Below are positions 1 through 10,174 of a DNA stretch of 64,000 nucleotides, piece after piece. Each line of letters starts with the position of its first letter. Positions within the stretch are counted from its first letter, which is position 1. The stretch lies in NCBI GenBank assembly GCA_003132025.1, contig PKWJ01000020.1, positions 3,220 to 67,219 of the forward strand. The letters are read 5' to 3'. The DNA comes from Gammaproteobacteria bacterium (GTDB lineage Bacteria; Pseudomonadota; Gammaproteobacteria; Steroidobacterales; Steroidobacteraceae). The notes beneath the pieces were generated by a model. The model did not search any database and was not told where the DNA came from. It saw only the letters and a list, made by a program, of their open reading frames with translations. The position numbers were made by a program, and so were the translations under genes.

Positions 1-1
1 C

Positions 2-1222
2 GACAAGGGCTTTGGTTTCTGCGATGTCGTGCTGGGCTGGGACTCGAACGATCAGCAATACGACAACATCACCTACACCGGCTGGCACACCGCGTTCCCG
101 GATGCCCCGGTGCGGCTGCTGCCGGAAACCTGCCGTGCACTGCCGCTGGAAGGCAATATGCTGCTGTTTCTGGCGGAATTCGCCGGTCGCGCGGAACAGG
201 TGTGCCCGCGCGCAGTACTGCGGCGCGTGCTGCAGCGGGCGGCGGGCTTGGGCTTTAGCGCCTCCGCGGCCGCAGAGTTCGAGTTCTTTATCTTCAATGA
301 GACCCCGGCCAGTGTGCGCGACAAAGGCTATCGCGGGCTGACCAACCTGACCCCGGGCTACTTCGGATATTCGATGCTGCGCACCTCGGTGCAGGCCGAG
401 CTTTACCAGGCGCTGCTGCAACTCGCCGAAGATATGCGCATGCCGATCGAAGGGCTGCACGCGGAAACCGGCCCGGGCGTCGTGGAGGCGGCCCTGCATT
501 ACACCGAGGCGCTGGAGGCCGCGGACCGGGCCGCGCTGTTCAAGACTTTCGTCAAGGTGCTGGCACAACGGCGTGGCGTGATGGCCACCTTCATGGCCAA
601 GTGGTCGCAGCAGCTCCCCGGTCAGAGCGGCCATCTGCACCTGTCGCTCACGCGCGGCGATGGCTCGGCGGTGTTCTACGACGAGAGCAAGGCCCATACG
701 ATGTCCGACGAGCTGCGCTGGTTCGTGGGCGGACAGCAGGCGCTGATGCCGGAACTTCTGGCGATGGTGGCATCCACGGTGAACAGCTATTCAAGGCTGG
801 TGCCGGGTTACTGGGCGCCCACGGCTGCGACCTGGGGCGTGGAAAATCGTACCTGCGCGTTGCGGGTGATTCAGGGCGGTGCGAAGAGCCAGCGGGTGGA
901 GTATCGCATCGCCGCCGCCGACATCAATCCCTACCTGGCGATTGCAGCCGCGATCGGTTCCGGCCTGTGGGGCATAGAGCACAGGATCGAACCCGATGAG
1001 CCGATCACCGGCAATGCCTACGAGCGCAAGCTGCCGGCTAAACGCCAGCTGCCGCGCACGCTCGCTGAAGCTGCGACCCGCCTGGCGCACTCGCGCGCCG
1101 CGCAGCAGTTGTTCGGTGAGCCCTTTGTCGCGCATTACGCGGCCAGCCGCGAATGGGAAGAGCGCGAGTTCCGGCGCGCGGTCACCGACTGGGAACTGGC
1201 GCGGTACTTCGAGATCATTTGA
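2..1222 (+). CDS. Glutamine synthetase-family ligase (gamma-glutamyl-amine synthetase-like, PuuA/GlnA3 type), 5' end cut by window edge
   Basis: ORF 29..1222 stays open in frame back to nt 2 (DKGFGFCDVVLGWDSND). GS catalytic-domain signatures are present: FEFFIF, HAETGPGVVE, GQSGHLHLSL, NSYSRLVPGYWAP, WGVENRTCALRV, EYRIAAADINPYL. Confidence 0.8.
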   Translation, partial: DKGFGFCDVVLGWDSNDQQYDNITYTGWHTAFPDAPVRLLPETCRALPLEGNMLLFLAEFAGRAEQVCPRAVLRRVLQRAAGLGFSASAAAEFEFFIFNETPASVRDKGYRGLTNLTPGYFGYSMLRTSVQAELYQALLQLAEDMRMPIEGLHAETGPGVVEAALHYTEALEAADRAALFKTFVKVLAQRRGVMATFMAKWSQQLPGQSGHLHLSLTRGDGSAVFYDESKAHTMSDELRWFVGGQQALMPELLAMVASTVNSYSRLVPGYWAPTAATWGVENRTCALRVIQGGAKSQRVEYRIAAADINPYLAIAAAIGSGLWGIEHRIEPDEPITGNAYERKLPAKRQLPRTLAEAATRLAHSRAAQQLFGEPFVAHYAASREWEEREFRRAVTDWELARYFEII

Positions 1223-2597
1223 TGAAAACCATCAGCCCCGTCGATGGCCGGGTGTATGTCGAACGCGCTCCGGCCGCGGACGCTGAGATCGAGGCCACGC
1301 TGCAGCGGGCACGCGCGGCGCAGCTGCCGTGGCGCCGCGTGCCACTGGCAGAGCGTGCCGCGCTGATGGAAAGATTCTGCGTCGCCTTCGAGTCTCGCGG
1401 CGCCGAAATCGGCAGCGAGCTGAGCTGGCAGATGGGCCGGCCGATCCGCTACGCACCCAATGAGGTGCGCGGTACACTCGAGCGTGCCCGCTACATGATC
1501 GGCGTCGCCGCCGCCGCATTGGCCGACCTCGAACCGGGCCCGAAGCCCGGCTTTCGGCGCTTCATACGCCGCGAACCGCTGGGCGTGGTATTCACCGTGG
1601 CGGCGTGGAACTACCCGTACCTGATTGCCGTCAACAGCGTGCTGCCGGCACTACTGGCCGGCAATGCCGTGATCCTCAAGCACTCGGCCCAGACGCCGCT
1701 GTGCGCCGAGCGCTTCGCGGAGTGCTTTGCCGCCGCCGGATTGCCGCCGGGAGTGTTTCAGGTACTGCACCTGGAGCACCCCGATACGGAGCGGGTGATA
1801 CGCGACACGCGCGTGGATTTCGTCGCCTTCACCGGCTCGGTCGCCGGCGGCCGCGCGGTGCAGCGCGTGGCTGCCGAACGCTTCATCGGTGTGGGACTGG
1901 AGCTCGGTGGCTGCGATCCGGTCTATGTACGCCATGATGCCGATGTGGCGCATGCGATCGAGAATATCGTCGACGGTGCATACTTCAATTCCGGACAGTC
2001 CTGCTGCGGCCTGCAGCGCATCTATGTGCACGAGAGCGTGCACCAGCGCTTCACCGCCGGCTGCATCGATCTGATCCGCCAGTACCGGCTCGGCGACCCA
2101 CTGGATCCGGCCACGACGCTCGGCCCGGTGGTGCGCACCGCGGCGGCCGACACGATTCGCACGCAGCTGCGTGCGGCCATTGCCGCCGGCGCACGGCCGG
2201 TCATCGAGGAACGCGAATTTGCGCTCAGCCGACCCGGTACCCCTTACCTCGCGCCGCAGCTGCTGCTGGATGCGCCGCCTGACTCGGTAGTCATGCGCGA
2301 GGAGATCTTCGGCCCGGTCGCTGGTGTCATGAAGGTGCACTCCGACGCTGAAGCGGTGCAGCGCATGAACGACAGCCCGTTCGGCCTGACAGCGGCGATC
2401 TGGACGCGCGATGAAGCCGCGGCACTGGCGATCGGCGCACAGGTCGATACCGGCACCTGGTTCATGAATCGCTGCGATTACCTGGACCCCGCGCTGGCCT
2501 GGGTCGGAGTCAAGGACTCCGGACGCGGCTGCACGCTCTCGGTGGTCGGCTACGAGCACCTGACCCGGCCAAAATCATTTCATCTGCGGGTGACGAC

Positions 2598-2601
<4 letters not shown>
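1222..2601 (+). CDS. NAD(P)-dependent aldehyde dehydrogenase
   Basis: ATG at 1222 overlaps the upstream stop (TGATG). ALDH motifs: FTGSVAGGRAV, ELGGCDP, NSGQSCCGLQRIYV, EEIFGPV. The 23 codons upstream in the track ORF lie inside the previous CDS. Confidence 0.85.
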
Positions 2602-3764
<1,163 letters not shown>

Positions 3765-3770
3765 AGCGCC

Positions 3771-4673
3771 ATGGCTGCGCGGGTCGATACCGATGTCACC
3801 GCTGCCATCGCAGCGCTTCCATGCTGGACCGGAGCGGTGCAGATCAGTCCGCTGACCGGCGGCCTCACCAACCGCAATTTTCGCGTCAGCGACCGGAGCC
3901 GGCAGATCTTCGTGGTGCGCATCGGCCGCGATCTTCCCGAGCATGGCGTGATGCGATTCAACGAGCTGGCGGCGGCGCGGGCCGCGTACGCCGCCGGGAT
4001 CGCGCCGCAGGTGGTCTATGCGGCCAATGGCTTTATGGTCAGCCGATTCGTCGCCGGGGAAGCGCTGACGGCGGCGCGCGTGCGCGAGCCGCCCATGCTG
4101 GAGCGCATCGTCGCGCTGCTGCGGCGCTGCCACCGCGATATTCCAGCCTACCTCGAAGGCCCGGCACTTCTGTTCTGGGTGTTTCAGGTCATCCGCGGCT
4201 ACCTGCGATTTCTGGTAACGCGCGGCGCAGCGCCCGGGCAGCAGGCGCTGTCGACGCTCGCCGCCCGGGCCGAGCGGCTCGAGCTGGCGGTGGGAGCGGT
4301 GAATATCGCATTCGGCCACAACGATCTGCTGGCCGCCAATCTGATCGACGATGGCGAGCGCTTGTGGCTGATCGACTGGGACTACGCCGGATTCAACTCC
4401 CCGCTGTTCGACCTGGCCAATCTGGCGACCAACAGTCAACTGGATGCCAGCCTCGAAACAGCGCTGCTGGAAAGTTATTTTGATGGGCCGATCGCGCCGG
4501 TCACTCGCCTGGCGTTTGCGGCCATGCAGTGTGCGTCGCTGCTGCGCGAGACGCTGTGGGCGGCGGTATCGATGCTGACTTCGACCATCGATTTTGACTA
4601 TCGAAGCTACCGCGACGACTACCAACGGCGTTTCGAGAGTCGCTGGCAGGACTTCGAGCGCCACTATGGCTGA
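3771..4673 (+). CDS. Choline/ethanolamine kinase-like phosphotransferase (APH fold)
   Basis: GGLTNRNFRV nucleotide-binding region, HNDLLAANLI catalytic loop and LIDWDYAGFN. Starts 6 nt after the ADH stop. Confidence 0.7.
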   Translation: MAARVDTDVTAAIAALPCWTGAVQISPLTGGLTNRNFRVSDRSRQIFVVRIGRDLPEHGVMRFNELAAARAAYAAGIAPQVVYAANGFMVSRFVAGEALTAARVREPPMLERIVALLRRCHRDIPAYLEGPALLFWVFQVIRGYLRFLVTRGAAPGQQALSTLAARAERLELAVGAVNIAFGHNDLLAANLIDDGERLWLIDWDYAGFNSPLFDLANLATNSQLDASLETALLESYFDGPIAPVTRLAFAAMQCASLLRETLWAAVSMLTSTIDFDYRSYRDDYQRRFESRWQDFERHYG

Positions 4674-7110
4674 GCTGCCATCGCAAGCGCGCGCCGTAGT
4701 GATTGGCGGCGGCATCGTCGGCTGCTCCACCGCCTATCATCTGGCGAAGCTGGGCTGGACTGACGTCATCATCATCGAGCGCCACAAGCTCACCTCCGGA
4801 TCGACCCATCATGCCGCCGGACTGGTGGGCCAGCTGCGCAGCAGCGCCAACATCACCCAATTGCTGGGGCGATCGGTCGCGCTGTACCGCACCCTGGAAG
4901 CGGAGACCGGGCTGGCGAGCGGCTGGAAAATGAACGGCGGCCTGCGCCTCGCCTGCAATGAGGCGCGCTGGACCGAACTCAGGCGCCAGGCGACCAGCGC
5001 ACACTCGTTTGGCCTGGAAATGCAGCTGCTCACGGCGCGTGAAGCGCAGCAGCTGTGGCCCCCGATGCAGGTGACAGACGTGGTCGGCGCAGCGTTTCTG
5101 CCCACCGACGGGCAGGTCAACCCGAGCGATATCACGCAATCGCTCGCCCGCGGCGCACGCCTGCGCGGCGTCAGGATCTTTGAAGATACCAACGTGCTGG
5201 GTTTCGAGTTCGAGCGCGCACGTGTCAGCGCCGTGCGCACCGCGCGCGGGCGCGTGGCGTGCGACATCGTCGTGAACTGCGCCGGGCAGTGGGCGCGCCA
5301 GATCGGCCTCCTGGCCGGTGTCAACGTGCCGCTGGTCTCGGTGCAGCATCAATACCTGATCACCGACGCCATGCCGGACGTGACGCCGGGATTACCGACG
5401 CTGCGGGATCCGGACCGGCTGACGTACTTCAAGGAGGACGTCGGCGCTCTGGTAATGGGCGGTTATGAGCCCAATCCGCGGCCCTGGGCCGTGGCGGGCT
5501 TTCCGGACAACTTCAACTTCCAGCTACTGCAGCCCGACTGGGAACATTTCCAACCGATCCTCGATCAGGCCATGGCGCGGGTACCGGCGCTGGCCACCGC
5601 CGGCGCCAGGGAACTCATCAACGGACCGGAGAGCTTCACTCCGGACGGCAACTTCATCCTCGGAGCGGCACCAGAGCGCGACGGCTTTTATGTCGGCGCG
5701 GGATTCAATGCCTTCGGCATCGCCTCCGGCGGCGGCGCCGGCCAGGTGCTGGCCGAGTGGATCGTGGGCGGGGAGGCGCCGTGCGATCTGTGGCCGGTCG
5801 ACATCCGGCGCTTCGGGCCGCCGCATCGGGATGTCGGCTGGGTACGAGCGCGGACGCTGGAGCTGTACGGCAAGCATTATTCGATCGCCTGGCCGGGCGA
5901 GGAACACGCCAGCGGACGCCCGCTGCGCCGTTCGCCGCTGTACGGATACCTGCGCGCCGCCGGCGCGGTGTTCGGCGAGAAATTCGGCTGGGAGCGGCCG
6001 AACTGGTTCGCCGCTGCCGGCGAGTCGGCCCGCGACGAGTACAGTTTCGGCAAGCCGAACTGGTTTGGGGCCGTTGCGCGCGAACACCAGGCGACGCGCG
6101 AACGCGTGGCGCTGTTCGACCAGAGCTCGTTCGCGAAATTCGAACTGCGCGGCGGTGATGCCGAACAGGCGCTGAGCTGGATTTGTGCCAACGACGTCGC
6201 AAAGCCGGTCGGCAGCCTGGTCTACACCCAGATGCTCAACCGCCGCGGCGGCATCGAGTGCGACCTGACAGTGGCTCGGGTGGCGGCCGACTGCTTTTAC
6301 ATCGTCACCGGAACCGGATTTGCCACCCATGACTTTGATTGGATCGGAAGGCACATTGACGCTGCGCTGGACGCGCAGCTTTGCGATGTGACCTCGCAAT
6401 ACGCGGTGCTGGCGCTGATGGGGCCGGCTTCGCGCCAGGTGCTCGAACGACTGACCGGCGATGATGTTAGCAATGCGGCGTTTCCATTCGGCCGCGCGCG
6501 ATCGCTGCACGTTGCCGGCGCACCGGTGCGCGCGCTGCGCATCACTTACGTCGGTGAGCTCGGCTGGGAATTGCACCTGCCGGTCGACTACGCCGCCACG
6601 CTCTACGACGCGTTGATGCGCGCCGGCTCGGACCTGGGCATCGCCAACGCCGGTTATCGTGCCATCGAGAGTCTGCGGCTGGAGAAGGGCTACCGGGCCT
6701 GGGGGGCCGATATCGGCCCCGACCATACGCCGCTGGAGGCCGGACTTGGATCGGCCGTGAAACTCAAGACGTCACTGCCATTTCTCGGTCGCGAAGCACT
6801 CGAGCAGCAGCAGCGCTTGCCACTGGCGAAATGGCTGTGTGTGTTTACCGCCGACGATCCGGCGCTCATGCTGTTCGGGCGCGAGACGATTTACCGCGAT
6901 GGGGAACGCGTCGGCTGGCTCAGCAGCGGCGGCTATGGGCACACCCTCGGCGTCGCCATCGGCCTCGGTTACGTTCGCCGGGAGCAGGGCATCAGTCGCG
7001 AGTACCTGGCGACAGGGCAATACCAACTGGAAGTAGCCAGCAAGCGCGTTCGCTGTCGTATCCACCTGGAAGCTTTGTATGATCCGACAATGCTGCGCGT
7101 GCGCGCCTGA
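4666..7110 (+). CDS. FAD-dependent oxidoreductase with C-terminal GcvT (folate-binding) domain, dimethylglycine/sarcosine dehydrogenase family
   Basis: ATG 4666 overlaps the kinase stop by 8 nt. N-terminal DAO fold: VVIGGGIVGCSTAYHL, GSTHHAAGLV. C-terminal aminomethyltransferase-like part: FAKFELRG, ITYVGELGWELH, LRLEKGY. Confidence 0.85.
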   Translation: MAELPSQARAVVIGGGIVGCSTAYHLAKLGWTDVIIIERHKLTSGSTHHAAGLVGQLRSSANITQLLGRSVALYRTLEAETGLASGWKMNGGLRLACNEARWTELRRQATSAHSFGLEMQLLTAREAQQLWPPMQVTDVVGAAFLPTDGQVNPSDITQSLARGARLRGVRIFEDTNVLGFEFERARVSAVRTARGRVACDIVVNCAGQWARQIGLLAGVNVPLVSVQHQYLITDAMPDVTPGLPTLRDPDRLTYFKEDVGALVMGGYEPNPRPWAVAGFPDNFNFQLLQPDWEHFQPILDQAMARVPALATAGARELINGPESFTPDGNFILGAAPERDGFYVGAGFNAFGIASGGGAGQVLAEWIVGGEAPCDLWPVDIRRFGPPHRDVGWVRARTLELYGKHYSIAWPGEEHASGRPLRRSPLYGYLRAAGAVFGEKFGWERPNWFAAAGESARDEYSFGKPNWFGAVAREHQATRERVALFDQSSFAKFELRGGDAEQALSWICANDVAKPVGSLVYTQMLNRRGGIECDLTVARVAADCFYIVTGTGFATHDFDWIGRHIDAALDAQLCDVTSQYAVLALMGPASRQVLERLTGDDVSNAAFPFGRARSLHVAGAPVRALRITYVGELGWELHLPVDYAATLYDALMRAGSDLGIANAGYRAIESLRLEKGYRAWGADIGPDHTPLEAGLGSAVKLKTSLPFLGREALEQQQRLPLAKWLCVFTADDPALMLFGRETIYRDGERVGWLSSGGYGHTLGVAIGLGYVRREQGISREYLATGQYQLEVASKRVRCRIHLEALYDPTMLRVRA

Positions 7111-7367
7111 GCGCAATCGATCGCAACGCTGATCACAAATGCCCAAGAAGCGGCGGCCGCTGTCACAAACCTGCAACCGGATTGTCGCAATTCTACAACC
7201 TTCAATCCTTATAAGTGCCCCGGCATCAAGCTCGCGTTGCCAAAATGTCGCGCGAAGAAGTAGGATCGGGTGGCGTGTCTTGCGGCTATGGGTTCAATTG
7301 GTCTTGCCGGAGCCTGTTTGCGGCCTGAATTTAGAAGAAACATCTGTATGAAGCAGGGTGACCGTTC

Positions 7368-7401
7368 GGCGAACCTGTAGTTCGCCTTGTGTTGTTTTTT
7401 T
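7368..7401 (+). terminator. Intrinsic-terminator-like hairpin in the leader of the downstream TonB-dependent receptor
   Basis: GGCGAAC (7368-7374), loop CTGTA, GTTCGCC (7380-7386), a perfect 7-bp stem followed by TTGTGTTGTTTTTTT (7387-7401). It lies 258 nt after the upstream stop and 29 nt before the TTG start at 7430. Confidence 0.6.
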
Positions 7402-7429
7402 ACGTCACACAAGTCCCAGGGAGAGAAGC

Positions 7430-10087
7430 TTGAAAATCAATCATAAGGTTGCCTGCGCTATCACGACGATACTGGGAGGCTGTGCCGGGACGTGGGCAGC
7501 GGCGGCCGACAGTAGCGCATCCGAATCAACCCCGCCTGCCTCGGCGACGGCCGAGTCCTATGAGATTCAGGAAGTCGTGGTCACCGCCCAGCGCCGCGAA
7601 GAATCCGTTCAGGACGTGCCGATCACAATCCAGGCGGTGACCGGCGAGGAGCTGCAACAGCTCAATGTGAGCAGCTTCGAGGACCTGATCAAGTACACGC
7701 CGAACGTGACCACCAGCGCCAATGGCCCCGGTGCCGGCAACATCTTCATGCGCGGCCTGAGCTCCGGTGGCTCGGGCAACCAGTCGCAGTCCACCACAGC
7801 GCCGTTCCCGAACGTGGCACTGTATCTGGACGACCAGTCGATGCAGTTCCCGGCCCGCAACAACGACGTCTACATGGTCGACATGGAGCGGGTCGAAGTA
7901 CTCGAGGGCCCGCAAGGCACGCTGTTCGGTGGCGGCGCGCAGGCCGGTGCCCTGCGCTACATCACCAACAAGCCGAAACTGGATGTCACCGAAGGCGACG
8001 TCAACGCGGGCTATGGCTGGACTGCCGGCGGCGATGACAACTCGAAAGTCAACGCTACGATCAATCTGCCGCTGATCCCCGATACCCTGGCGGTGCGCGC
8101 AGTGATCTTCGACGACCATCGTGGCGGCTACATCAACAACGTGTCGGGGACGATTGCCAGTATTGTCCAGCCCACGGTGACAGCCAGCAATGGGGCGCTG
8201 GTGGGAAACGCCACCAACCCGGTGACCTACACCGGTTTGCGCGTGTCCGCGCTCTGGAAGATCAACGACGACTGGAACGCGCTGGTACAGCAGAACTTTC
8301 AGAACATGGAAGCCGACGGCTATTTCGCCCAGTATCCCGTTGGGGTAGATCGTGTCACTCCGCTGGCTCCAGATGAGATTCAGGCCTTCGAACCGGCCTA
8401 CGACAAAGACCGATACGAGAGTACCGCCTGGACGCTCAACGGCAAGATCACTGACCTGCTGAAGGTCGTCTACACCGGCAGCTATCTGGACCGTCATATC
8501 CAGCAACAGGCCGACTATTCCAACTATCTGCAAAGTCCCAGCGGCCAGTACTACGCCTGCACGGGGGCGGGCTCAGAGGGCCTGGGCGGCAAAACCAAGC
8601 CGGAGACCTGCTATGCGCCCCAGGGCTGGTGGAACGACACGGTGGAAAATACCCACCAGAGCCACGAGTTTCGAGTGACGAGCAACGAGGACTACCGGCT
8701 GCGCGGCCTCCTCGGCGCTTACTGGGAAGAGTTCATCATCAAAGACCAGATGAACTTCGACTATCTGGTCATTCCGCAGTGCGATGCGGAGAATCTGGCG
8801 ATCTCGGCTGCCGGCGGTCCGGACTGCGTCTCCGCAGTCGGGCCCCACGCCGGCTACTATGCGACCGACCCAAGCCTGCGCACGGGCTCCGACACCGCAT
8901 TCGGCGAGGACGTGAAGCGCGGTTACCGGCAGACGGCGTTTTTTACGTCGATCGATTTTGACATCATTCCGAAGGTACTGACGATTACCGGCGGAACACG
9001 CTGGTTCCACTACGATGAGTTCGAGCAGGGCTCGCAGTTCCAGACCTCAACTGCAGCCAACAACATACCCAATGGGGCCTGCATCGCGGCCGGCGGGTGC
9101 GGGTTTGGCATCAACTTGAACAAAACGCAGACCGGCACCCGCAGCCGCCTTAATCTGACCTGGCACGTCACGCCTGACACTATGGTGTATTACACCTTCT
9201 CGCAGGGTTTCCGTCCGGGCGGCTTCAACCGCACGAGGACAGAGCCCAATGGCACCGTTGTGCTTGCCAATGAAGCGCCGTACACGGTAGGGGGTGTCGA
9301 TCAGTATCAAAAGCCGGCCGGTTACTCTTCTGACAGCCTGACCAACAACGAGGTCGGTGCCAAGACCGAATTCCTGGATCATCGACTCCAGGTCAACCTG
9401 TCTGCATACGACATGAAATGGAGCAGCGTGCAGCTGCCGTTGTTCGACCCGGCAACTCTCGGCAACACGACCTTCGTCGTCAACGGGCCAACCTATACCG
9501 TCAAAGGAGTCGAGCTTCAGCTCGTCGCCCGCGTCACGCAAGGGCTCACCGTCCAGGGATCAAGTTCGTGGAACAGTACCAACCAGACGAACGCCCCTTG
9601 CTTGAGTTCTGTCGGGGCTGCGATTCCCGGCAACCCAACACCTGCGGGTCAATGCATCACTCAGATCAAGGGCGTGCCTTACACCAATCCTTACGGCGTA
9701 CTCGGCACCTCCCCGGCGTTCTCGCCGCCGCTGCAGTTCAACCTGCGCGCGCGCTACGACTGGACTGCCGGGGACTACAAGCCCTTCGTGTCGTTCGGTG
9801 CCAGTCATATCGACGCCATGCGCAACGAGCCGGCGAGTTTCCCCCAAGGCTCTGGCTCATTCTGCAGTCCCGTTCCGACCACCACCCTGTGCCTTTACAC
9901 CATGCCGGGATACACGACCTATGATGCGGCGATCGGCGTGTTCAAGGACCACTGGAGGGTACAGGTCACCGCCCAGAACCTGTCGAACTCCAACGCCAGT
10001 ACCTTTACCGGGTCGAACCAGTTCATCGAGCAGCAGGTGCCGCTGCGTCCTCGCGTAGTGACCCTGGAATTTGGGTATAAGTTCTGA
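7430..10087 (+). CDS. TonB-dependent outer-membrane receptor
   Basis: TTG 7430 is preceded by GGGAGAGAAG. It has a signal peptide (ITTILGGCAGTWAAAAD), plug motifs (VVVTAQRREESVQDVP, NIFMRGLS), a long barrel and a C-terminal aromatic end (EFGYKF). The start could also be the track start at 7358. Confidence 0.85.
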   Translation: MKINHKVACAITTILGGCAGTWAAAADSSASESTPPASATAESYEIQEVVVTAQRREESVQDVPITIQAVTGEELQQLNVSSFEDLIKYTPNVTTSANGPGAGNIFMRGLSSGGSGNQSQSTTAPFPNVALYLDDQSMQFPARNNDVYMVDMERVEVLEGPQGTLFGGGAQAGALRYITNKPKLDVTEGDVNAGYGWTAGGDDNSKVNATINLPLIPDTLAVRAVIFDDHRGGYINNVSGTIASIVQPTVTASNGALVGNATNPVTYTGLRVSALWKINDDWNALVQQNFQNMEADGYFAQYPVGVDRVTPLAPDEIQAFEPAYDKDRYESTAWTLNGKITDLLKVVYTGSYLDRHIQQQADYSNYLQSPSGQYYACTGAGSEGLGGKTKPETCYAPQGWWNDTVENTHQSHEFRVTSNEDYRLRGLLGAYWEEFIIKDQMNFDYLVIPQCDAENLAISAAGGPDCVSAVGPHAGYYATDPSLRTGSDTAFGEDVKRGYRQTAFFTSIDFDIIPKVLTITGGTRWFHYDEFEQGSQFQTSTAANNIPNGACIAAGGCGFGINLNKTQTGTRSRLNLTWHVTPDTMVYYTFSQGFRPGGFNRTRTEPNGTVVLANEAPYTVGGVDQYQKPAGYSSDSLTNNEVGAKTEFLDHRLQVNLSAYDMKWSSVQLPLFDPATLGNTTFVVNGPTYTVKGVELQLVARVTQGLTVQGSSSWNSTNQTNAPCLSSVGAAIPGNPTPAGQCITQIKGVPYTNPYGVLGTSPAFSPPLQFNLRARYDWTAGDYKPFVSFGASHIDAMRNEPASFPQGSGSFCSPVPTTTLCLYTMPGYTTYDAAIGVFKDHWRVQVTAQNLSNSNASTFTGSNQFIEQQVPLRPRVVTLEFGYKF

Positions 10088-10105
10088 TCCGGTGAACGAG
10101 GCCAT

Positions 10106-10170
10106 CTGCAGCCGGCTGCGGCCGGCTGCAGTAGAATCCAGGGCGGACTTCGTGTCCGCCCTTTTCTTTC
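10106..10170 (+). terminator. Tandem hairpins, the second a canonical rho-independent terminator
   Basis: Hairpin 1: CTGCAGCCGGC (10106-10116), loop TGCG, GCCGGCTGCAG (10121-10131), 11-bp perfect stem. Hairpin 2: GGGCGGAC (10141-10148), loop TTCGT, GTCCGCCC (10154-10161), followed by TTTTCTTTC. Confidence 0.75.
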
Positions 10171-10174
10171 ATGG

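Noticed and set aside
7348-7380. A 10-codon mini-ORF (MKQGDRSANL) ending in the terminator loop, considered as a leader peptide for attenuation.
   Set aside because: There is no convincing Shine-Dalgarno sequence and no run of regulatory codons. An ORF of that length is expected by chance. It is kept only as a note under the leader finding.
7237-7429. Assignment of the receptor leader to a cobalamin or TPP riboswitch.
   Set aside because: I could not find the conserved cores: no B12-box-like GCCACTG or AGYCMGGAGACCKGCC context and no TPP CUGAGA / ACCUGAUCUGGAUAAUGCC elements. The partial resemblance of GGTCTTGCCGG to the B12 box end is too weak.
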